Source of the DNA: an uncultured Ignavibacteriales bacterium
Lineage (GTDB): Bacteria; Bacteroidota; Ignavibacteria; Ch128b
Direction of reading: 5' to 3'
DNA length: 51,670 bases
NCBI GenBank assembly: GCA_937138605.1
Contig: CAKZPH010000021.1
Span: 1-51,670 of the forward strand
Shown here piece after piece: positions 37,526 to 48,019 of the stretch. Below the pieces are notes generated by a model. It was given only the letters and a program-made list of their open reading frames with translations. It was not told the DNA's origin and ran no database searches. The translations under genes and the position numbers were made by a program. The stretch's first letter is position 1; each line of letters starts with the position of its first letter.

Positions 37526-38749
37526 TTAACTTTTGTTAGACATTTCTTTTCTAAGTTCAGAGACTATCTGAGCTGTTTCCAGGGCAATCACAAGTTCTTC
37601 ATTAGTAGGTATTACAAAAACTTTTACTTTTGATGAATCTTTGCTTATAATTCTATCACCATTTTGAATCAAATTCTTTTCGTCATCTAATTCAATTCCT
37701 AAAAATTCAAGATTAGTGAGAACTTCTTTTCGAACTTCAAAACTATTTTCTCCAATTCCACCAGTAAAAACAATAGCGTCCAAACCGCCAAGTGCTGCAA
37801 TATATGCACCAAAGTATTTTTTAATTCTATAACAAAATACCTCAAAAGCTAACCTCGATCTTTCATTACCTTCATTCATAGTTTTAATAAGTTCCCGCAT
37901 ATCATTTGATACACCAGAGATGCCCATTAGCCCACTATGTTTATTTAACATTGTATTGACTTCAGCAAGAGTTAGGTCTTCCTTTGCCATAACATGAAGT
38001 GGAATGGAGGGATCAAGGTCACCGCAACGTGTTCCCATCAAAAGACCTTCAAGTGGAGTAAAGCCCATTGACGTATCAATTGAAATTCCACGGTCTATAG
38101 CAGCGATGCTACAACCATTACCAAGGTGACACGAAATAATTTTTATTGAGTCATATGCTTTTCCTAATAACTCAGCAGCTCGTTTCGAAACATATAGATG
38201 AGAGGTGCCATGAAATCCATAACGACGTATTTTATATCTTTTATAAAGCAAATATGGGATTCCATATAAGAAAGCTCTCGGTGGCATTTTCTGATGAAAT
38301 GCTGTATCGAAAACACCTACCATCGGCACATCTGGCAAATGCTTTAGACATGCGACAATACCTTTGATATTTGGTGGATTATGCAAAGGTGCAAGTTCAA
38401 TATTTTCACGTAATGTTTGAATTACAGTATCCGTTATTAGCACTGAACCTGAAAAATCCTCTCCTCCATGAACAACCCTGTGACCTACTGCTTCAATTTC
38501 TGACCTATCTTTAATCACTCCATGATTTTTACTTAATAAAACCGCAATAACATATTCAATTGCTAAATCGTGATCAAGTATTTCACCTGTTATTTTAATT
38601 GTATCTCCATCGTATCTTTGATGAGTCAAAATCGCACTCGACGAACCTATGCTTTCAATAGATCCTTTAGATAGAACAAGTTTATTTTCTGTATTTATAA
38701 ACTGATATTTTACCGATGAACTCCCACAATTAAGCACTAATACTTTCAT
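37526..38749 (-). CDS. ackA: acetate kinase
   Basis: 407-aa ORF with MKVLVLNCGSSSVKYQ, HRVVHGG, YGFHGTSH and FTGGIGEN motifs. Confidence 0.95.
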   Translation of the reverse strand: MKVLVLNCGSSSVKYQFINTENKLVLSKGSIESIGSSSAILTHQRYDGDTIKITGEILDHDLAIEYVIAVLLSKNHGVIKDRSEIEAVGHRVVHGGEDFSGSVLITDTVIQTLRENIELAPLHNPPNIKGIVACLKHLPDVPMVGVFDTAFHQKMPPRAFLYGIPYLLYKRYKIRRYGFHGTSHLYVSKRAAELLGKAYDSIKIISCHLGNGCSIAAIDRGISIDTSMGFTPLEGLLMGTRCGDLDPSIPLHVMAKEDLTLAEVNTMLNKHSGLMGISGVSNDMRELIKTMNEGNERSRLAFEVFCYRIKKYFGAYIAALGGLDAIVFTGGIGENSFEVRKEVLTNLEFLGIELDDEKNLIQNGDRIISKDSSKVKVFVIPTNEELVIALETAQIVSELRKEMSNKS

Positions 38750-38763
38750 AAGAAATCCTTTAT

Positions 38764-39717
38764 CTACTTTGATTCAATAATTTTTCTTCCGTGAGAATCA
38801 TATTTGAAAAATCCTTCACCCGTTTTTTTCCCGAGCTTACCTTCACGAACATATTTTCTTAACAATGGACATGGACGATATCTTGGTTCACCTAACTCAT
38901 GCCACAATGTTTCCATCCACGCTAAAATTTCATCAAGTCCCATTGAATCAGCCAGTTCTAATGGACCAATAGGCAGATTATACCCAAGCTTTGTAGCTGT
39001 ATCAATACCTTCAGCTGTTGCAAGACCTTCCATCAAAATGTGCATAGCTTCGTTCAAAAATGGTATTATGACACGAGTAGTAATAAATCCTGGATATTCG
39101 AAAACCTCTACAGCTGTTTTACCAAGTTTTTTTGCAAAACCCCTTGCTATCTTAGTTGTTTCATCAGATGTTTCAATTCCACGAACTATTTCAACAACAG
39201 GTATTTTAGGAACAGGATTTAAAAAATGCATTCCTATTGTTTTATCAGCTCTACTTGTTCCATCGGCTATTTTCGAAAGACTTAATGTTGAAGTGTTTGA
39301 AACGAAAATTGTATCAGGAGGACAAATTCTATCCAATTTTCTAAAAATTTCTCTCTTCAAATTTAAATCTTCATCAACCGCTTCAATTATTATATCACAC
39401 TCACTCACTTCAGAAATATCAGTTGTCCATCTAATTCTTTGAAGGATTGCCTTCTTTTCGCTTATTGTCATACCCCATCGTTGAATTTCTCTATCCATAG
39501 CTTCGCTCAACATCTTACGACTTCTTTCAGATGATACTTCATCTTTCTCAACAATTATAACATCAAGACCTGCCTGCGAAGATGCTTGAGCTATTCCTGT
39601 TCCCATTATTCCACCACCAATAATCCCCACTGATTCAATTCTCTCAGAATCTACTTGCGGAAGGGGCATCTCATCGATTAAATCCTGAAGTTTCAGTTTT
39701 TTTTCTTCACTCACCAT
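38764..39717 (-). CDS. hbd: 3-hydroxyacyl-/3-hydroxybutyryl-CoA dehydrogenase
   Basis: 317-aa ORF with GIIGGGIMGTGIAQ Rossmann motif, SNTSTLS, HFLNPVP and the C-terminal dimerisation domain. It has a ~30-aa N-terminal extension, and its ATG overlaps the upstream lipoprotein gene by 11 nt. Confidence 0.85.
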   Translation of the reverse strand: MVSEEKKLKLQDLIDEMPLPQVDSERIESVGIIGGGIMGTGIAQASSQAGLDVIIVEKDEVSSERSRKMLSEAMDREIQRWGMTISEKKAILQRIRWTTDISEVSECDIIIEAVDEDLNLKREIFRKLDRICPPDTIFVSNTSTLSLSKIADGTSRADKTIGMHFLNPVPKIPVVEIVRGIETSDETTKIARGFAKKLGKTAVEVFEYPGFITTRVIIPFLNEAMHILMEGLATAEGIDTATKLGYNLPIGPLELADSMGLDEILAWMETLWHELGEPRYRPCPLLRKYVREGKLGKKTGEGFFKYDSHGRKIIESK

Positions 39718-40612
39718 GTTCCACCATTCTTTTTATTTTCTCGTTTATTACTGATTTTCTTAATTGTTCTATCTTCTTTCGAGAAATTTTTAGGACTGTT
39801 TCTACTCCATTGTTTTCCACGTAAACATCCATCATACTCAGCTCCTGGATAAAAAGATCATCTGGATAAGCTAAAGCTAACGCAGAAATTAAGCCGTTTA
39901 ATATCCCCCTCAAAAGATATGCTTTCGCATTATCTATGCATTCCCAATGTGAACTGAATGAAACATCTTTATCAAGTCGTAATGACAAATTTATAAACTT
40001 AATTGAATTAAGAAGGCTGTTTAACTTTGCGTCATCTTTGATACCATTTCTCATGATATTTAAAAGAAAGTTCAGATTAGAAGTGTAAATCCAGAAATGC
40101 TCTTTGTATAAAATTGAATTTATAATTCTTCGGAAATTTGGGTTTTTGAAAAAGTTAACATCATTTTCATTAAGTTTAATTTTTTTAATTCTTTCTACAT
40201 CATTCGTAATAAAAATTATTTTTGAATCAATAAACTCAAAGAAAAACTTGTCTCTGAAATCAAAGAATTTATTGTGCAAACCAGATGTATCTTTCACAGT
40301 CAAAATGTAGGTATTATTACCATTCCACTCTGATGCAACAATAATTTCTTCGACATCTTTATTAAAATCTATTCCCAGTGAATCAAAAATAGTTTTTTGT
40401 TGAAGCTTAGAGCCTAAATTCTCTTGTAAAAACTTTGACCAATTTGGCAAAGATTTTACTCTTTTGTGATTGTAATAGATAATAATCTGTGGGTCTTCTG
40501 GTACAAGTTTAAGCTTCTTGAGAACCGAAGGTTCAATTGGTTGGGAAACTTCTTTCACACAGGAACTTAGTCCCACCAGTAAAATCACAAGAACAATAGT
40601 ATTTAGCTTCAT
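39707..40612 (-). CDS. hypothetical lipoprotein
   Basis: 301-aa ORF with lipobox LVGLSSC and no recognisable domain. First gene of the apparent lipoprotein-hbd-ackA-marC block. Confidence 0.45.
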   Translation of the reverse strand: MKLNTIVLVILLVGLSSCVKEVSQPIEPSVLKKLKLVPEDPQIIIYYNHKRVKSLPNWSKFLQENLGSKLQQKTIFDSLGIDFNKDVEEIIVASEWNGNNTYILTVKDTSGLHNKFFDFRDKFFFEFIDSKIIFITNDVERIKKIKLNENDVNFFKNPNFRRIINSILYKEHFWIYTSNLNFLLNIMRNGIKDDAKLNSLLNSIKFINLSLRLDKDVSFSSHWECIDNAKAYLLRGILNGLISALALAYPDDLFIQELSMMDVYVENNGVETVLKISRKKIEQLRKSVINEKIKRMVEHGE

Positions 40613-40783
40613 TCAAATTCACTTTCACTAATAAAATTTTTCTAATCAAAAAAAACAAAAATTTTTTCAAAATTATTCAATAAATGAATGTTTATCAATC
40701 TAATAGCATCAAAACTAGATATTAATGATTCTAATCGAGTATGAGAAAGTTGAAATCTTTTAAGAAAGTTTAATATTCAATTT

Positions 40784-41575
40784 TCAAATGAGCGACTTTA
40801 CATAACCGCCGTCGATTACAATTGTCTGACCGGTTATGTAAGAAGCCCTAACTGAAGCAAGAAATGCAACTAAATCCCCTACTTCCTCAGGTTTTCCCAA
40901 TCTTTTCATTGGAATATCTTGGGTAAAGGAATGAAGAATTTCCTCATGACTTTTGCCCGTAAGGCGAGATTGCTCAACGGCTAAGTCATAAACTCTTTTA
41001 GTTAAAGTATATCCAGGCGCAACGTTATTAACCGTAATATTAAACGGAGCAACTTCATTTGCAAGTGTCTTAGCAAAACCAACTATGGCATTACGAAAAA
41101 CATTGGATAATACAAGTCTTTGTATCGGTTGTTTTACCGTGACAGATGTAATGTTAATAATTCTACCAAAGTTGTTCTCACGCATACTATCTATAACTAG
41201 ATTAGTAATTCTCACTACAGAAAGAAGAATTTCTCTATAAGCATTATCCCAATCATCTTCTTTATAATTTAATATAAAATTAGACGGTGGCCCACCACAA
41301 TTATTAACTACTATATCTATTGAACCAAAAACTCGAAAGGTTTCTTTAACTAATGCTTCTATATGGTCTGCTTTTTTCAAGTCGCATTCAAACCATTGAA
41401 TGTTTGTTCCATAATTTCGAATAAATTCGTCTGCAACGGGAATCAAATTAATTGAATTCCTTGAACATAACATGACGTTACATCCTTCACGAGCAAGTGT
41501 TTCCGCACATGCTTTTCCAATACCTTTACTTGAGGCGGTAACTATTGCATTTTTGCCTTGTAAACCTAAATCCAT
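40784..41575 (-). CDS. SDR-family oxidoreductase, FabG-like but lacking the canonical Tyr-Lys pair
   Basis: Rossmann motif [13 protein letters not shown] and NNCGG. SNVFR sits where YxxxK is expected. The track start is TTG at 41590, but ATG at 41575 is preceded by a perfect AGGAGG with a 5-nt spacer. Confidence 0.8.
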   Translation of the reverse strand: MDLGLQGKNAIVTASSKGIGKACAETLAREGCNVMLCSRNSINLIPVADEFIRNYGTNIQWFECDLKKADHIEALVKETFRVFGSIDIVVNNCGGPPSNFILNYKEDDWDNAYREILLSVVRITNLVIDSMRENNFGRIINITSVTVKQPIQRLVLSNVFRNAIVGFAKTLANEVAPFNITVNNVAPGYTLTKRVYDLAVEQSRLTGKSHEEILHSFTQDIPMKRLGKPEEVGDLVAFLASVRASYITGQTIVIDGGYVKSLI

Positions 41576-41586
41576 TTTACCTCCTT

Positions 41587-43089
41587 TCAAGCTTCAGATA
41601 AATCTATTCTGTTAATTTGATTTTCAGATTTAGCTATAGCAACACTCACCGCAGCATCACCTGTAACATTTACAACAGTGCGACACATATCCAAAATTCT
41701 ATCAACACCAAGAATTAGTGCAACACCAATTTCTGGAATGTGAACAGTTTTCAGAATAATAAGTAGCATAATTATTCCAACTCCTGGCACTGGTGCGGTT
41801 CCAATTGAAGCAAGTACGGCGGTTAATACAATCATCAATTGATCGAAAAAATTCAATTCCATGCCAAAAACTTGAGCAATAAAAACAGCGGCAACCCCTT
41901 GATACAAAGCTGTCCCATCCATATTTATTGTAGCTCCCAGTGGAAGTGTAAAGCTAGTTATACTTTTTGAAATACCTAAATTTTCTTCACAGCATTCCAT
42001 GTTTACGGGTAATGTTGCAGCACTAGAACTTGTACTAAAAGCAACAATTTGAGCTCTACGAATTCCTTTTAAGAAACTACCAATTTCAATTTTGCCAAAA
42101 AACTTTACAATAAAACCATAAACAAAAAATAGATGAACAACTAATCCAAGTAAAACAGTTAAAACATACCAGATTAAAGTTTTAAGTATATCGAAACCAA
42201 ACTCTGCCACTGTAGCAGAAATCAATGCAAAAACACCGTAAGGTGCAATCTTCATAATAATATCAACAAGTTTAATCATCGCGTCGCTTAATCCTTCAAA
42301 AAACTTTATCACAGGTTCAGATTTTTGTTTTGAGATCAACGAAATTGCAATTCCACTCATCAACGCAAAGAATACTATCTGTAACATTTCTGCATCTGTC
42401 AAAGATTTGAAAATGTTTCTTGGAACAAGATTTACAATTTGGTCTTTGATATTAAATTGTGGCTCAGTTTGTAATTTTTGAGCAATCTCGTTTTTATAAA
42501 CCTGAGCGAGTTCGTCACGAGTAATTTGGTTGATTCTCTCTCCAGGTTTAATAATACTTGCTATTGACAGACCAAGCGAGATTGCTAATGCAGTTGTAAC
42601 AATATAAAATCCAATTGTTTTACCTCCAATTCTTGCTAATTTCTTTATATCACCTAGACTAGCCACTCCAACAATAAGTGAAGCAAGAACGAGTGGAATT
42701 GCTATCATGTTGAGTAAGCGAATGAAAATATCCCCAATTGGTTTAATTGACACGGCAATTGAATTCACTCTCTGAATTTGTTGAATAGATTTAATCTCAA
42801 TCGATTGGTCATTTTTAGTGTAGATTAAAACGAGATTTCTCTTTTCTTCTTCTGATAATATCTTAAATCTTTGTATTATTTGTTGTTGTTCAAGAAAAGT
42901 TTCACTCCGATCTTTAATTTTAAATTCAATACTATCCCAATCTTCTAAAATCAACCTTTGTAGTCTATCGTTTTGTCTGAATGAAATTTCAACCTTGTTT
43001 TTGTCCACATGAAAAATTCCACCAAATATTGCTCCAAGTACCAGACCTATAACGATTTTAGTGTGAAGTTTTATATTAAGTTTTTTCAT
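41587..43089 (-). CDS. dicarboxylate/amino acid:cation symporter (DAACS/GltP family) with large insertion after TM1
   Basis: 500-aa ORF with [31 protein letters not shown] and [16 protein letters not shown] motifs. About 85 extra residues (aa 27-113) lie between TM1 and the IKP.G motif. Confidence 0.85.
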   Translation of the reverse strand: MKKLNIKLHTKIVIGLVLGAIFGGIFHVDKNKVEISFRQNDRLQRLILEDWDSIEFKIKDRSETFLEQQQIIQRFKILSEEEKRNLVLIYTKNDQSIEIKSIQQIQRVNSIAVSIKPIGDIFIRLLNMIAIPLVLASLIVGVASLGDIKKLARIGGKTIGFYIVTTALAISLGLSIASIIKPGERINQITRDELAQVYKNEIAQKLQTEPQFNIKDQIVNLVPRNIFKSLTDAEMLQIVFFALMSGIAISLISKQKSEPVIKFFEGLSDAMIKLVDIIMKIAPYGVFALISATVAEFGFDILKTLIWYVLTVLLGLVVHLFFVYGFIVKFFGKIEIGSFLKGIRRAQIVAFSTSSSAATLPVNMECCEENLGISKSITSFTLPLGATINMDGTALYQGVAAVFIAQVFGMELNFFDQLMIVLTAVLASIGTAPVPGVGIIMLLIILKTVHIPEIGVALILGVDRILDMCRTVVNVTGDAAVSVAIAKSENQINRIDLSEA

Positions 43090-43106
43090 AAATACTTATG
43101 AGGGGA

Positions 43107-44258
43107 TTAAATTATTAATTGCTCACAAATTTCATCCACTAATAAATAGCCCTTTTTAGTTAATTTAAGCACATTATTTTCAATAATTACGAAGCCATTT
43201 TTAAAAAGCTCATTAAAAAAATTTTCTTCACTTTTTAATAAATTTATTCCAAATTCTTCTTCGAACTGCACTAAATTTATTCCTTTACTTCTCAAACCCA
43301 GATAAATTCTTTCATTGTAAATTTCATTAGGATTGAGAAATTCCTCGTTCTTTATAGCATGGTGATTCTTTTTTATTGATTCATCATACCTTGTAATATT
43401 TTTGTAATTATGCCATCTCCGGTTATCCCATAAAGAATGAGAAGAAGGACCAAAACCTAGATAATTAATCCTATACCAATAATTCAAATTATGAACACTT
43501 TCAAATCCATTCTTTGCAAAGTTAGAAACCTCGTATTGGAAAAAACCATGCTCAGGTAAAAAATCCATAACGTATTCATACATATCAGCATCTTGCTCAA
43601 TAGAACTTAAATATGTCAACCCATGTTTGACTTGATAATAAAGAGATGTACCTGGCTCTAATGTCAGACTATATGTAGATATATGCGTAATAGGGAATGA
43701 AACTGCAAACGCCAGATTTTTCTTCCAGTCATCTACAGTTTGCCCGGGAATTGAAAAGATAAGGTCAATATTAATATTCTCGAATCCGGATTTAATGGCG
43801 TTTTCAATACTTTCAAAGGCTTTTTTTGAATCGTGGTCGCGCGTTAAAAACTTTAAATCTTCATCTAAAAATGATTGTACACCAATACTTAATCTATTTA
43901 TTCCAACTGACTTAAATTCTTTTAATTTTGTTTCATCAAAAGTGTTTGGATTTGATTCAAGAGTAACTTCCCAATCCTCTGCATGTTGAAATAGTTTCTT
44001 AATTCTTGATAATATAGTTTCAATGTATTCCGGTTCAACGATTGATGGTGTCCCACCGCCAAAATACACCGTTTGGAGGAAGCCTTTGGTCGAATAAATT
44101 TCTGCAAAGTATTCAATCTCTTTCAACAATGAATAGAGTAACTGATGCTTTCTTTCCTGTTTAATAATTACGTAAAAATCACAGTAATTACATTTTACGT
44201 TACAGAATGGTAGATGAATATAAATTGAGAACGGTTTTAACTCTGTTATTTCATTCAT
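43107..44258 (-). CDS. hemW: radical SAM heme chaperone HemW (oxygen-independent coproporphyrinogen oxidase-like)
   Basis: 383-aa ORF with radical SAM CNVKCNYCDF, GGGTPS, and the HemN C-terminal domain. It overlaps the upstream gene by 8 nt (ATGAATGA). Confidence 0.9.
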   Translation of the reverse strand: MNEITELKPFSIYIHLPFCNVKCNYCDFYVIIKQERKHQLLYSLLKEIEYFAEIYSTKGFLQTVYFGGGTPSIVEPEYIETILSRIKKLFQHAEDWEVTLESNPNTFDETKLKEFKSVGINRLSIGVQSFLDEDLKFLTRDHDSKKAFESIENAIKSGFENINIDLIFSIPGQTVDDWKKNLAFAVSFPITHISTYSLTLEPGTSLYYQVKHGLTYLSSIEQDADMYEYVMDFLPEHGFFQYEVSNFAKNGFESVHNLNYWYRINYLGFGPSSHSLWDNRRWHNYKNITRYDESIKKNHHAIKNEEFLNPNEIYNERIYLGLRSKGINLVQFEEEFGINLLKSEENFFNELFKNGFVIIENNVLKLTKKGYLLVDEICEQLII

Positions 44259-46059
44259 TTTTTACCATTTCTCTTAGAACGTACCAGTTATTTGTAATTA
44301 AGGTGTCGGGATCAAGTCTATTCAACTTGTGACCGTTGAAATAAAGAAAAGCCAAATGTTTATCGCTAAGGTTAGTTTTGAATTCAAACTTTGCTGAATA
44401 AATTTCATCTCCAGAAAGTTTAGTTTTTAATATTGTGGCGGTAAATAATCCTGTTTCGAATTTTTTACCTACATCCACCTTTTTGTAAACTCTAACAATC
44501 TTTGCAAAAAAATTATCAATCCAGCCATCATCATTTGTTTCGAGTATTAATGATTTCGCATCAATTTTTTTGATTCTCATCTCTCCATCAAAGCTCGAAA
44601 GCGGATAAACTTTGCTGGAATAATCATACTTTACTTTATATGTATCGTTAAGATAAAAGGTATGGAAGATATCGGGAGTTGTTAAAAATATAATTTCTTT
44701 TGATTTACCCTTTACTAATTTGAAAGTCTCATCAACTGTTCTTTCGATTGATTTAAAGCTTTTTATATATTCACCGGGCAAGTATATACTCAGAATAAAG
44801 GCTCCAATTATTGTGGAGAACATAAAGTAATAGCCTATAATATTATTGAAATATTTAATACCGTAGGGAAAATCAGGCAGGAACTTAGATTTGAACAAAT
44901 TCGAGTTTAATATTTGAAAAGCTATTAAGAAACTACCGATTGCAAATGGGAAATAAATTAATCTCTCAGATGGAAAGGTAATTAATTGAGGAAATAATGA
45001 GATAGTAAATAACATAAAACTAAAATGAATTAATCTCAATTTCCAGAAAGGGATAAAAGAAAAACTAAAAACTACGTAAAGCACAATACCAACGATCATT
45101 AAAGGATATAACAAACTCTTTTCAAACAAAACTATTCCAAATGGAAAATTAGTAACGAATCCAGTAAACATAATTGGCAAACCGATTATTAAATTCTTAA
45201 TATACTCATCTGGTTTACGGAATGGATCAATATACATTAAAATATTTACGCCAAATCCAGTAAGTCGATAAAAAAGTAAATAAACAAAGAGTAAAATAAA
45301 GTGAAATCTCCAGTAAGTTTGATTCTTAACAAGGAGAATTAATTTATTAAGTAACCTCTTAAAAATATTCCCAATTCCGCTCTGAGATTCCAGAAGAATA
45401 AATTCATATAAAATAATTGCAACGGGCCCTATAACTGCCGTCTCTTTACAAAGAAATGATAAAGTCATGAATAATTGGGAAACTCGTTTTTGTGATATTA
45501 AATTTGACTCTCTGAACTTAACATGAAAATATATAGAGAGATTTATGAATAAAACTGCAAATATGTCAGTAGATGAAGAAATCCAGCCAACGGTCATCGA
45601 ATGATCTTCGGAAATCAAAAAAATAAAAGAAGCTAGCAAGGACACACTGTAGATTTTTGACAACTTAAAGAGCATCAAAAAAACTGAAAATGAAACTAAT
45701 GCATGCAAAAAAATTGAAAGTATGTGGAGAATCAACGCTGAGAAGTTTTGGAATATTAAATAAGCAAGATAAAAAATAAGACTGGGTAACGGACGAAATA
45801 ACCTACCATATGCTATATCATCCTTCCACCATATATTTGGGGAAGTTTCTAAATCTCCTAAATCTAACGACCACAATCCAAAAATTGGATAGGACGATCC
45901 GCTCTTCAAATATGAAATGAATATGTAATCGTCTGCATAAAATTCTTTTGTTATATATGGTGAGAAAATTATAAATGCAATTATTAATTGAATTATTAAG
46001 ATTTGAAAGTTTGTTAGTCTTTTATTGAATGACAATAATGCTTTAAGTTTATGTATCAA
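44251..46059 (-). CDS. GT-C-like polytopic membrane protein (TMTC/PMT-like N-terminal region, non-TPR C-terminal domain)
   Basis: 602-aa ORF (TTG start in the track) with ~12 TM segments. The first-loop EFYADDYIF and later LFRPL motifs parallel those in the 16977-18734 protein. The C-terminal ~170 aa are soluble with no recognised motif. Confidence 0.5.
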   Translation of the reverse strand: MIHKLKALLSFNKRLTNFQILIIQLIIAFIIFSPYITKEFYADDYIFISYLKSGSSYPIFGLWSLDLGDLETSPNIWWKDDIAYGRLFRPLPSLIFYLAYLIFQNFSALILHILSIFLHALVSFSVFLMLFKLSKIYSVSLLASFIFLISEDHSMTVGWISSSTDIFAVLFINLSIYFHVKFRESNLISQKRVSQLFMTLSFLCKETAVIGPVAIILYEFILLESQSGIGNIFKRLLNKLILLVKNQTYWRFHFILLFVYLLFYRLTGFGVNILMYIDPFRKPDEYIKNLIIGLPIMFTGFVTNFPFGIVLFEKSLLYPLMIVGIVLYVVFSFSFIPFWKLRLIHFSFMLFTISLFPQLITFPSERLIYFPFAIGSFLIAFQILNSNLFKSKFLPDFPYGIKYFNNIIGYYFMFSTIIGAFILSIYLPGEYIKSFKSIERTVDETFKLVKGKSKEIIFLTTPDIFHTFYLNDTYKVKYDYSSKVYPLSSFDGEMRIKKIDAKSLILETNDDGWIDNFFAKIVRVYKKVDVGKKFETGLFTATILKTKLSGDEIYSAKFEFKTNLSDKHLAFLYFNGHKLNRLDPDTLITNNWYVLREMVKNE

Positions 46060-46074
46060 AGTATCAACATAATT

Positions 46075-47781
46075 TTAATTTGAGTTATAAATAAGTTCCT
46101 TTGCGCTTTCAAGAGAAGCTTGAGTTATATCTTCACCACTAATCAGTTTTGCAATTTCATAAACCCTTTCATCATCTTTTAGTTTTCGAATAGTACTAAG
46201 AGCACGTCCATCCTTAATTTTTTTCTCAACTACAAAATGGCTCTGAGCGAAACCCGCAATTTGTGGTAAGTGTGTAATTGCAATTATTTGATGAAAATCT
46301 GAGAGATTACGTAATGCTATTCCAACTTTTTGTGCAATTCTACCACTTATACCAGAATCAATCTCATCAAAAATCATAATAGGTAAACGATCAGACTTTG
46401 CAAGAACTGTTTTAAGAGCTAACATTATACGAGAAACCTCTCCTCCTGATGCTACTTTGGGAAGAGGTTTTGGATCTTCTCCCGGATTAGTTGAAATGAA
46501 AAATTCAATTCTATCGAATCCATCAATCTTTGCTTCATAAAAGTCATCGCCTAATTTCACAAAAGCACGATCACTGTTAGTTTTCTTATTTTCAAAAACA
46601 ACCTCAAACCTAGAATTATTTATACCAAGCTCTGTTAGTATAGATACAATCATTTTCGAAATCCTTTCGGCAACTTCACGTCTTTTCTCAGAAAGTCTAA
46701 CTGCACATTCAGTACATTTGGCTCTCTCTTCCTCTATTGTTTTTTCGATCTTTTTTATCTCCTCTTCAAAATTTTCAGCTAATTGAATTTCCCTTTCAAT
46801 TTTTTGGCGGTACTCTAAAACTAAATCAATTGAACCACCATACTTTTTCTCAAGCAATAAAAGAGAATTTAATCTTTCTTGATAACTATCTAGCAATTCC
46901 GGAGAAAATTCTATTCTCGAATTATAACTCTGAGTAAACTTAGAAATTTCGTCAATAATTGTTATGGCAGAGCTTGTATCTGTTTTTAAATCAGCAAAAA
47001 CTTTATCAATTTTAGAAAGGTCATCCAGAATGTTTCTAACTTTAATTAGTTGATCATAAACTGAATTCTCATTTTCATAAAGAATTTCATACATTCTTAA
47101 AGTATTGTTATAAAGTTTTTCGCTGTGTTCTAGAATATTAATCTTCCTCTTTAATTCCTCAATTTCTCCTGGTTTTGGATCAACAGCATCAATTTCCTTG
47201 GCTTGAAATTCATATAAATCCCTCTTTTCTTTTGCTGATTTTTCAGAGTTTTTTAGTTCGTCAAGTTTATCAAATAATTTTTTCAACTTAAAATAATGTT
47301 CACGATATTCATTAATAAGCCATTCTAAATTTCCAAAGTTGTCGAGAAGTTTCAGGTGTGTTTCCGTTCTTAAAAGTGATTGATGTTCATGTTGACCATG
47401 TAAATCAATGAGAAACTTTCCAAGTTCTTTAAGATGCGAGAGCGAAGCGGGGGAATCGTTTATGAAACTTCGTGAACCACCTTTTTTTGAAATTTCTCTC
47501 CTTATTATTAATTCATCGCTTATATCGTAATTATTCTCACCTAAAAAATTAATCACATTTTGATTACCACTTATATCGAAAACTCCTTCAATTATTGCTT
47601 TTTCAGCACCAGCCCGCACAAAATCGTTTGAAGCCTTTTCACCAATAAGAAGATTTACTGCATCGATAATGATTGATTTACCTACACCAGTCTCGCCAGT
47701 GATAATGTTCAGTCCTGTCTCAAATTTAACACTTATCTTACTGATTAAAATGTAATCACATATCAATAAAGATTTTAACAT
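46075..47781 (-). CDS. recN: DNA repair protein RecN
   Basis: 568-aa ORF. Walker A GETGVGKS, a long coiled coil, signature ASGGEVSRIMLALK, and Walker B IMIFDEIDSGISG. Confidence 0.95.
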   Translation of the reverse strand: MLKSLLICDYILISKISVKFETGLNIITGETGVGKSIIIDAVNLLIGEKASNDFVRAGAEKAIIEGVFDISGNQNVINFLGENNYDISDELIIRREISKKGGSRSFINDSPASLSHLKELGKFLIDLHGQHEHQSLLRTETHLKLLDNFGNLEWLINEYREHYFKLKKLFDKLDELKNSEKSAKEKRDLYEFQAKEIDAVDPKPGEIEELKRKINILEHSEKLYNNTLRMYEILYENENSVYDQLIKVRNILDDLSKIDKVFADLKTDTSSAITIIDEISKFTQSYNSRIEFSPELLDSYQERLNSLLLLEKKYGGSIDLVLEYRQKIEREIQLAENFEEEIKKIEKTIEEERAKCTECAVRLSEKRREVAERISKMIVSILTELGINNSRFEVVFENKKTNSDRAFVKLGDDFYEAKIDGFDRIEFFISTNPGEDPKPLPKVASGGEVSRIMLALKTVLAKSDRLPIMIFDEIDSGISGRIAQKVGIALRNLSDFHQIIAITHLPQIAGFAQSHFVVEKKIKDGRALSTIRKLKDDERVYEIAKLISGEDITQASLESAKELIYNSN

Positions 47782-48019
47782 AAAATGCTCTCTCTTAAAA
47801 AATATTATACAAAAATTTTTCGATATATTCTTTGTTTTTAATCAATAGAAACAGATTGAATGATTTAAAGAGTACCTCGAAGCTTAAATATTAAAAAACT
47901 ATAACACATATTATTTTCTAACTGAATTTGTAAATCTTAAAGAATTACTTCATTTTAATTATATTGCAGTGGTTAGGACACTCTAAACGATTCAAATTAA
48001 CTAACAATGGAGGATACAA

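Noticed and set aside
38804-39442. 212-aa plus-strand ORF, unusually long for an AT-rich genome
   Set aside because: It lies entirely antisense to the well-supported hbd gene. It is Ser/Pro/Ile-rich low-information sequence with no SD and no recognisable motif, so it is a typical shadow ORF of a conserved gene.
41576-41590. TTG-initiated 5-codon extension of the SDR gene overlapping the transporter stop
   Set aside because: ATG at 41575 has a perfect AGGAGG with a 5-nt spacer, and that SD lies within the extension. The shorter form is preferred.
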